64,000 bases of DNA from an uncultured Chlamydiae bacterium. Lineage in GTDB: Bacteria; Chlamydiota; Chlamydiia; Chlamydiales; Parachlamydiaceae. The stretch covers positions 1-64,000 of the forward strand of contig CAWHMU010000046.1 of assembly GCA_963830365.1 (NCBI GenBank). The letters are read 5' to 3'. The notes under the pieces were generated by a model. That model saw only the letters and a list, made by a program, of their open reading frames with translations. It had not been told where the DNA came from and made no database searches. Position numbers and translations under genes: made by a program. Of the stretch, positions 53,101-64,000 are shown in pieces (position 1 is the stretch's first letter; each line of letters starts with the position of its first letter).

Positions 53101-54991
53101 CCATTTCCATAAAACTAGGCACCATTTCAAAGAACCTGCCGATTGCCTCATCCAACTGTTTTCTTATGGCGTTTTTCTGATCTTTACTTAGCGAAGAAGC
53201 AGGCCCTTGAGCCATCCCCTTTTGCTCTGCTGAAGCGGCATCAGGCTGCGCCACCTCGGTCGTATGTTCAAACAGCGCATCGATGCGTGCAATACATGCG
53301 TTTAATTTAGCTATTTTGGCATTGCCGCCTACATCGCTAGGCAGCGCCTTCATTAACTGCTTTAGCAAAGCGAAGTTTGGAGTTTCAGTGTAGAGGCTAT
53401 CAAATAGCTGTGAAGCCGGACTCATAAGACTTTGAGCTGCATTATGTGCCGCTATCGGGCTTGCGAAGGGTGCTCGCTGTTCGCTTTGCGCTTTTATTTT
53501 GCGCTCAATTCTGGCAAGTGTTGTTTCTAGTGGCTTTAGACTCGAGTCTATCGCTTCCGGGGAGGCGTTAGATAATGCTTGGGCTAAGGCTTTCAACTCA
53601 TTTGCGTGAGCTTCAGAACTTTCTGCGTGGCTGGCCCCATGGACTATCGCAGCATGTATCGCTGCACCCTCCGACTCAATACCAAAAAGACGTCTGTTAG
53701 TAGGCATTCCATCTACAACAGGTTCATCATGAGCTGCTGGTGTAGCTTCAGAACTTTCCGCTGGGCTGGACCCATGGACTATAGCAGCAGATGTCGCTGC
53801 ATTCCCCTGATTACCGGAACCATATTGGTCAGTAGGCTTCGGATGTTCAGCGTCTTCGACAAACTCCTTAATATCTGTGACCGTAGTTTTGGCAAAGCGG
53901 CCGTAAAGCTTGGCGCCGATGAGTCCGACGGCAGCGGTGGCCACAGCAGCCCCCAGGACGGGGATGGGGTTTTCACTTGTCCAGGCTAGCAGACGCTCCA
54001 GCACGCCGGCTTGCGCAGTGGCTGTCGAAGCGGAGGTCGGGGCGGAGAATGACGATGCAGTGCTAGCGCCTGCGGCCATCGTCGGCAGGACAGGGGTAGT
54101 GTCATTAGGTGAGCAGGCCGGTATTGGTGGGTTGCTCTGGCCATCGTCGACATCGGTAGCGTTGGCTAAAGCTGAGGTCGGGTTGGCTAGCGCAGCGGGC
54201 AGACGCGCCCAGGCCGGAATATTTGTCATATTGACGACAAAGTGGGTGGCACTGCCAATGACCGAGATCGCTTTGTCTACCAGTGGATTGGCTACAGGGG
54301 TATCGCCGGGTACGACTTCTGTCTCGCCGGTGGCGTATTGGTAGATGCTGTAGCCGACGCCGGCCAGGGCGATGGCACTGAAGGCACCGAGGGCGATTTT
54401 GGCAGCTTTTGAAAGGGCTTGCGACTGTTTTTGGGCGGCATTAAGGTGGGCGATGAATTCGGGGCCTAGCGCCGACTTGTCGAAGACCGGTTTATTTTTA
54501 AAGAGGGTTTTGGAGGTGATCTGTTCGCGGCATTCTTTGGGATATGTGGCCATCAGCGCCTGAAACTGCTTTTGGAAGATGTCGAAGGCGTTTTTTGATT
54601 GAGCGTTGGGAGACTTTTCGGCTTTCAGTTTGCGGTAGGCCAGCATATAGCCGTGGCTGATCAGGGCAAAGGCATTGGAGAGCCCCACCTGGCCGATGAG
54701 GGTGTCGGCATCGAGCATGGCGGTGAATTCGGCTTTGCCGGCATCGCTGATGCCTTGGGCGCTCGCCAGGACGCGGTGGATCCAATGGTCGACGGCATCG
54801 AAGGCGCCTTTATCAAGGTGTTCCATATCGAACAAGCGCTTAAAGCCCCGATCGGTGGCGGCGGCATCGGCATTATCCCACAGCAGGATATCGGTGAGGT
54901 AGTGTGGCAGATTTTGGATGGCCGTTTGCAGGCCTGTGGCAGCGGCAGCATAGGTCGTTTGGCAGGCGGTCTTTAGTGATTGGATGGTCAT
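50162..54991 (-). CDS. Array paralog 6 (1609 aa)
   Basis: FKRLF..DAVDHWIH..DTLIGQVGLSNAFALI..PVFDKSAL; TM-loop-TM; long helical C-terminus shared with paralog 7. Confidence 0.88.
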   Translation of the reverse strand: MTIQSLKTACQTTYAAAATGLQTAIQNLPHYLTDILLWDNADAAATDRGFKRLFDMEHLDKGAFDAVDHWIHRVLASAQGISDAGKAEFTAMLDADTLIGQVGLSNAFALISHGYMLAYRKLKAEKSPNAQSKNAFDIFQKQFQALMATYPKECREQITSKTLFKNKPVFDKSALGPEFIAHLNAAQKQSQALSKAAKIALGAFSAIALAGVGYSIYQYATGETEVVPGDTPVANPLVDKAISVIGSATHFVVNMTNIPAWARLPAALANPTSALANATDVDDGQSNPPIPACSPNDTTPVLPTMAAGASTASSFSAPTSASTATAQAGVLERLLAWTSENPIPVLGAAVATAAVGLIGAKLYGRFAKTTVTDIKEFVEDAEHPKPTDQYGSGNQGNAATSAAIVHGSSPAESSEATPAAHDEPVVDGMPTNRRLFGIESEGAAIHAAIVHGASHAESSEAHANELKALAQALSNASPEAIDSSLKPLETTLARIERKIKAQSEQRAPFASPIAAHNAAQSLMSPASQLFDSLYTETPNFALLKQLMKALPSDVGGNAKIAKLNACIARIDALFEHTTEVAQPDAASAEQKGMAQGPASSLSKDQKNAIRKQLDEAIGRFFEMVPSFMEMVPSFMEMSTSVSTSSGHQIAEEKGAHAAEDESKSSRSAKKRQSIHSQVMSVVTKDVFNEVQLLSVLEYVQKNPKNIDKAIRKLREIQMQCDMSICDERSIRNVLSPLPAYKSSRLTSPPVGKNSSSAAALNAKESGLESTNNLLSLLEQVKKARTLPLTADQRWLIISFNDLLKSTSVQIVNQLKDLLNLMQKLKAEHIDKKIRTRRIEKLFKSFARKQARLDSFEAVASSILKGIEAEQAAIIKNQIHVVGASAMHGHNSSAFDGSSHGGMGISLDSSSLGPHSGAEATAKAEEKDAGGPPDAPVLDFSFDFGDGVKAAEAWSVEDWIAKLKMPTDLNALIVQPAKVDESKDTESFPEAIVEAVDDEAKSKAAAEKQQKDAEKLKKDTEAAIKKRITEEKRHYRLLLEHSDAENFFMPNRLSQSDEQIVAQRTNWENMAAQMTAIKDSGGMEASVCEKLCKEANDQIELLGKRLKKERISKETDIIKNVLDKYSKIELQMIVFAYDERRLDPSVVDAIKNIPEHEALAKLNDDADAVNINETLRQAFIKHLYLGDETKKMLMQQFVGMQGWRLDYILKRLESKDLPVFQPALYDPNKPNARRAQNANPNGGRQVFDPSQIANHKLRSAQPNAKTDESKLAHQTPSKGRRSEFGVALKPTLRASSNAAGTPAGIGGSPGFKKHLRPVNLLAKALTDSIQDLSEPTRSNSFITNAKQIFAGNLTEICKSAKKYLISQAQTVEPNVKANSEQGVLTLIRQILDHEADDSLSPLAMLWRKIENVNRLKVDDQDRIDCLVQAFAALALQIVNAKTPDKDVLQLGAGVVSFFNNLPEMLEQQVDSLSKDSRDEEKQYILKAPARAAAAAASSSSKPLVTFGQSAGHASSSMGTALAHSSSIGGSFLDQLKEDYTLAQAWFDGKSQVGDDKKLQALATRFKDVISAYVVAYRNYAAMPGTDLITVAGTHKAISAVYKSSTAAALD

Positions 54992-55124
54992 GTATCTTCT
55001 CGTGTTTATTGGGTCTAGTTAAATTTTCAGTTTCGTGTAAGTTTTGCCGCCGTTATCACGGGCAGGCCGGCGTTCACACTCTTAGCAGTACTTTGGCATA
55101 ATCCTGGGCTATGCCATCTAGGCG

Positions 55125-55302
55125 TAAGTCATCAAAACTCATGATATAAGTTTCGGTGGCACGGCTTGGGGTCAGGCTTGCGATTTGCGATTTGAAAGAA
55201 GAATTTACTTCCTAAAAGGCCTTGCAGGACTTTCAAATCACAAATCACAAGCCAGACCCCAAGCCTATGTCTTAAGCCCTCGCATGAGTCTTTGAGGACT
55301 TA
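55125..55302. mobile_element. Family B MITE-like element
   Basis: taagtcatcaaaactcatga...gcatgagtctttgaggactta with the same internal IR as 5040-5216. Confidence 0.78.
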
Positions 55303-55367
55303 TAGGCTTTTAGGCCCTTAGCGTTGTGACAGCGGCGGCAGCTGCCAAGCAGCGCCGCCCTTTAAAA

Positions 55368-59681
<4,314 letters not shown>

Positions 59682-60126
59682 AGGAGACCCTTAATGTGCT
59701 GTAGATGCTACAGGTTTTTTATATATTTTTTTAGCGGATAAACAAGCCTTTCTGGCCGGCAACAAAGGAGGAATTGAACTTTTGCCGCACCTACAAACCT
59801 GACTTCGATTTAGCTTAATTCGCTAATTATTTTTAAAAAGAGTCGGCATTATAACTATGATGGGGTTTTCAATCAAGAGAAACTGTTAGGAATTTATTAA
59901 TGAGGTCAATATAGAATTTAGATTTACCGCCTTAGATTCCCTCTTGCCAGCGCCATATGCACGCTGTCATCGCATTTTAAAAGGGCTCAACCGCCTTTGC
60001 CCGAACCGAGCCCAATGGCGGCAGATAAATAGTTAAAGCTGCGCGATAGCGCTTGCAGTGCGCAGCTTTACGCGGCGCTTTTCTTAGGATGCGTGTAGGC
60101 AGAATGTTATGATAGGCTGACGCATG

Positions 60127-61262
60127 TAGCCGCTATTTGAGATATTATATTGTTTTAATTTCGTGCATCTAAACATCCAAAACACAAAGATCATGCCGAC
60201 TAAGCTTGCCGTGCATACGGCGGCAGGATCTTCGAGGCCTCTGCCGCCGTATGCACGGCTTGAGGTCTTGGGCTGTGCTTACCACAGGTTCACACCTGTG
60301 GCTACCTGCTGCTGCCGTTTACACGGCAAACACAAGAGCTTGACCCGGATGTTCAGCTGCACGACATCAAACCAATAGCCGTTATTTGAGATATTGTTTG
60401 TATTTCGTGCATCTAACCATCCAAAACACAAAGATCATGCAGCCCAAGTTAGCCGTGCATACGGCGGCAGCGTGTAGCCATAGGTGTCAACCTATGGTAA
60501 ACCCATAAGGTATATGAAGCCGTGCATACGGCGGCAGGATCTTCGAGGCCTCTGCCGCCGTATGCACGGCTTAATCTCTTAGGCTGTGCTTACCACAGGT
60601 TCACACCTGTGGCTACCTGCTGCTGCCGTTTACACGGCTAACACAAGAGTTTGACAGGGATTTTCAGCTGCACGAAATCAAACCAATAGCCGCTATTTGA
60701 GATATTGTTTGAATTTCGTCCCTCGAAACACCCAAGATCTTGCAGCCTAAATTAACCGTGCATATGGCGGCAGCCTGTAGCCATAGGTGTCAACCTATGG
60801 AAAACCCATAAGGCATATGAAGCCGTGCATATGGCGGCAGGATCTTCGAGGGCTCTGCCGCCGTATGCACGGCTTGAGGTCTTGGGCTGTGATGACCACA
60901 GGTTCACACCTGTGGCTACCTGCTGCTGCCGTTTACACGGCTAACACAAGAGTTTGACAGGGATTTTCAGCTGCACGAAATCAAACCAATAGCCGCTATT
61001 TGAGATATTGTTTGAATTTCGTCCCTCGAAACACCCAAGATCTTGCAGCTCAAGTTAGCCATGCATACGGCGGCAGCCTGTAGCCATAGGTGTCAACCTA
61101 TGGAAAACCCATAAGGCATATGAAGCCGTGCATACGGCGGCAGGATCTTCGAGGCCTCTGCCGCCGTATGCACGGCTTGAGGTCTTGGGCTGTGCTTACC
61201 ACAGGTTCACACCTGTGGCTACCTGCTTGCGCCGTTTACACGGCTAACACAAGAGTTTGATC
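60127..61262. repeat. Tandem array of four ~250-310 bp units, each containing a family D palindrome
   Basis: Unit marker tagccg(c/t)tatttgagatatt at 60127, 60376, 60687 and 60990; near-identical linkers. Confidence 0.92.
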
Positions 61263-61319
61263 GGGAGGTTCCAAACGCGACGGCGCAGCGATGGATCAGC
61301 TTTAGGACTTTTTCAATAA

Positions 61320-63371
61320 CTAGGGCGGGGAAATGTCTTTCAGAAATGCCAGCCTGACGGCTTCCAGCTGGCTGCTGGATGGGGTGGGAATAGGCGCATA
61401 GGCGCCCTTAGCGTCGATATTTTTTTGGTGGTCGAGCAGCCGGATTTTGAAAAAGCGGCAGACGTGTACGCCGCAGCTGTGGACATCGTGTTGGTGGCGC
61501 TCAGCATGCACGACGAGATGCTTAAATGGAAAAGACCTTGCCAGAAGTTGAAATACATCTCCCAGATGCTGTTGGCAAGCCTCATTCGGATCATCTTTCA
61601 GAGGCCGGCTCTTAAGCTGTTCCATGCTGCTGCCTTTTGCATCGTAATATTCACAGACGCCGTCTTTTATCAGCAGGGCGGAAATGTGATAGACCAGGCC
61701 GCTTTTCATCACGATGGGCAGGCAGACAGGCAGTGAAGGGTCGAAGGCCCTGTCGTTGGCTTTGGCAAGGATGATATTCCCGATATCTTTGAGGGTTAAG
61801 CGGTCCAGCGGCTGATAGTAGAATTCTCTGATCAGGTTGAATTTAACCTTACCCTCTAAATATCTTTTAAAGAACAAATCGATAGTAGAGCTATTGAGCA
61901 TTTTGCGCCTGGCCAGCAGTTTCTGGCTGGCGAGGATCTTAGCATCGGCGCTGGGCTTGAAAGGATAGGGTTTAAAATAGCCGACGGCGGCATCAAGCCC
62001 CGTGGTAGCGGCGGCGGAGGCTTTTCCCCATAAGGCCGCCACATTGCCCAGCAGTCCGCCATTTTCGCTGCCTGCGCCGGCAGGCACCAAGGAGTAGTTG
62101 GCAAGGCCTTTACAGGTGTCAGCCTCCACGATTTCAAATTCGTCATCAGCGTCGCTTTGGGACGCCTCAAGGGTTACAAACTCATCCTCTTTTTCATCAT
62201 CCTCTTGGTCGCTGTGGCAATAATCCCACTCTTCCTCGACTAAGTTAGCGGGGGGTAAAGCGGACTTAACTTCCTGGCTGTCGTCTGAAGCTTTTGACTC
62301 TTCTTTGGCAGCGTTGAAAGGCGCAAAGGCTCCTTGGGATGACATAAAGGAGCTAGCGGCCAGTGGTGGCGTATCAGCTTTCGCCGGCGCCGCAAGCTTA
62401 GCGCTGGCAGGCACTTTTGTCTTTTCCTCAAAAGAGGCTTCAGCTGTCTTTTCCTCAAAAGAGGCTTCAGCGAGAGAGGCTTCAGAGAGAGAGGCTTTAG
62501 CGGCAGCGGTGTCAGCGGCCGCAACAATTATTTGGCCGGCAGGCATGAGCGCGGGCGTTTGCGCTAATCGTGGCTGCTGAAATGCATCGGCTGGAATAGG
62601 TGCGGCAGGCTTTTTTTTATTTTTCTTCTTTTTCCTGGCTGGCGGCGGCGTGGCCTCCGCCCCTGTTGGCGTGCCATTAACGGACATGGATGGCGAGTTG
62701 ATTTTTTGGATAGGGTTGGGGATTATGTCACTTTCAAGTATGGGGATGTTGGCAGCTTTGGGTTTATGCCCGGCCATCTTGGCCAGCACGACCAGGCTGG
62801 CAGCGATAGCGCAGGCTTTGAGCATGCTGCCTGAAATGCCGGAGGGCTGATTTTCTAAGGTGGGTAGTGGCAAGGATGGGATGGGATGGATGGGCGAAGC
62901 TACCGTCGGCACAGTTTTACCGGCAGCGGTGGTGAAATTTGCCAGCAGCGGTGGCAGATATTCGAATAGAGGGCTCATCAGGCCATCTTTAGCAATATCC
63001 AAGACTTTTGAAGCCAGGGTCGTCATGGTTTGATTTAAAGCTGGCATTGGCACACTGGTGTGGGTGATATTCTGCCCGTGCCCTGCCAAGCCGCTGCTGG
63101 CGGAGGCGGTATCGCCTAATGGCGCGGCGGAAAAAAAATAGCGGCTTAAGGTAAGGGCGCCGAGGAGTGCCATAGCCGCCAAGGCGAGGTTTGTGACGAT
63201 TTGGCAGCGCGAGGCATTTTTTGGGGCCGCTTGCATCGTTGCCGCTGGGTTCTTGGCCGCCGGCTTGGTTTGAACAAGAAGCTTGGATTTCTCACCGGCA
63301 GGCGGTTTTAGCGCTGCGCTGTGGCGTGGCAGTGCATGATTTGGAACGCCGGCATTGGCAAAAAGCATCAT
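61320..63371 (-). CDS. Membrane-anchored CE-clan (Ulp1/C48-like) cysteine protease
   Basis: TM-loop-TM; basic RKKKKNKKK; acidic FxxL/V motifs; C-terminal YHISALL..EYYDAKG..HQHDVHSCGVHV (His-Asp-Gln-Cys order). Confidence 0.78.
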   Translation of the reverse strand: MMLFANAGVPNHALPRHSAALKPPAGEKSKLLVQTKPAAKNPAATMQAAPKNASRCQIVTNLALAAMALLGALTLSRYFFSAAPLGDTASASSGLAGHGQNITHTSVPMPALNQTMTTLASKVLDIAKDGLMSPLFEYLPPLLANFTTAAGKTVPTVASPIHPIPSLPLPTLENQPSGISGSMLKACAIAASLVVLAKMAGHKPKAANIPILESDIIPNPIQKINSPSMSVNGTPTGAEATPPPARKKKKNKKKPAAPIPADAFQQPRLAQTPALMPAGQIIVAAADTAAAKASLSEASLAEASFEEKTAEASFEEKTKVPASAKLAAPAKADTPPLAASSFMSSQGAFAPFNAAKEESKASDDSQEVKSALPPANLVEEEWDYCHSDQEDDEKEDEFVTLEASQSDADDEFEIVEADTCKGLANYSLVPAGAGSENGGLLGNVAALWGKASAAATTGLDAAVGYFKPYPFKPSADAKILASQKLLARRKMLNSSTIDLFFKRYLEGKVKFNLIREFYYQPLDRLTLKDIGNIILAKANDRAFDPSLPVCLPIVMKSGLVYHISALLIKDGVCEYYDAKGSSMEQLKSRPLKDDPNEACQQHLGDVFQLLARSFPFKHLVVHAERHQHDVHSCGVHVCRFFKIRLLDHQKNIDAKGAYAPIPTPSSSQLEAVRLAFLKDISPP

Positions 63372-63459
63372 CAGTAATATTTATTAATTAATATAATAAT
63401 TTAATTTTCAACTATCATTATGCCGCAAGGCGTTTGTAAAGACAACATTTAATGAGTAT

Positions 63460-63669
63460 CCATGAAGTTTTCCCGTCCTTCTCTGTGTCTCGGTGCCTCG
63501 GTGGTAAAATCTGTTTGCCTGTGGTATAGTATTATTAATCAATATGTTAAGAAAATCTTCACCACCGAGACACAGAGGCACAGAGAAGTAAAATGAAGCT
63601 TGCTCTTTAGGGTATTGTTAATTGGGTACTCATTTGAGGTTTTCCGGTTCATCGCACAAATGAGTACCT
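63460..63669. mobile_element. Family A MITE-like element
   Basis: Matches 14260-14467 in the same orientation; followed by an extra terminal-IR copy ggttcatcgcacaaatgagtacc. Confidence 0.78.
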
Positions 63670-63785
63670 GCCCATGATGATTCGTCAAAAAGCCTTAGTA
63701 ATTGATTGTTGAAATATGAGAAGTAATGATCTATTTATAATGTTCTTTTTGAAACAAATCGGCATTCTAGCACAGAAGGTCTAAT

Positions 63786-64000
63786 TAGCCTCGACAGAGG
63801 CGGCAGCATGTAGCCATAGGTGTCAACCTATGGAATAAAATGTAGTATAAAGAGAGCCGTGAATACGGCGACAGCAATTTCGATGGAAGCTGAATTAGAT
63901 GTAATTATTATAGTATATACCATCCTTAGTCATTGCTGCCGCCGTATTCACGGCTTTGTTTCTAAACATGCGATTACCACACGCTGACGCATGTGGCTAC
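63786..64000. repeat. Family D palindrome running off the window end
   Basis: ggcggcagcatgtagccataggtgtcaacctatgg, agccgtgaatacggcg / cgccgtattcacggct. Confidence 0.8.

Noticed and set aside
60127..61262. CRISPR array
   Set aside because: Units are ~300 bp with near-identical linkers rather than unique spacers; no cas genes nearby

Overview
This window is bacterial chromosome, very probably from an environmental Chlamydiae (Parachlamydiales-like) symbiont of a eukaryote. That assignment is inferred from the housekeeping genes and the eukaryote-like effector candidates. The first ~33 kb holds mostly core genes (mazG, waaC, RluA-family, pheS-rplT-rpmI-infC, tRNA-Val, uvrC, rlmN, UvrD, rnpA-rpmH, priA, rimO, lysS). 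Among them are a ThrRS homologue that has lost key catalytic residues, a HAD phosphatase ending in a CaaX box, a BTB-LRR protein, a probable group II intron 5' remnant and a 6S-like RNA. The last ~30 kb (33.5-63.4 kb) is a co-oriented array of large paralogous membrane proteins. They share an N-terminal domain I do not recognise and a TM / Ser-Thr-Pro-rich loop / TM module, followed by highly variable tails. The last gene of the array encodes a TM-anchored CE-clan (Ulp-like) protease with LIR-like motifs. At least five families of palindromic REP/MITE-like repeats fill the intergenic spaces. Several frameshifts in conserved genes (infC, priA, the gene upstream of priA) look like assembly indels.
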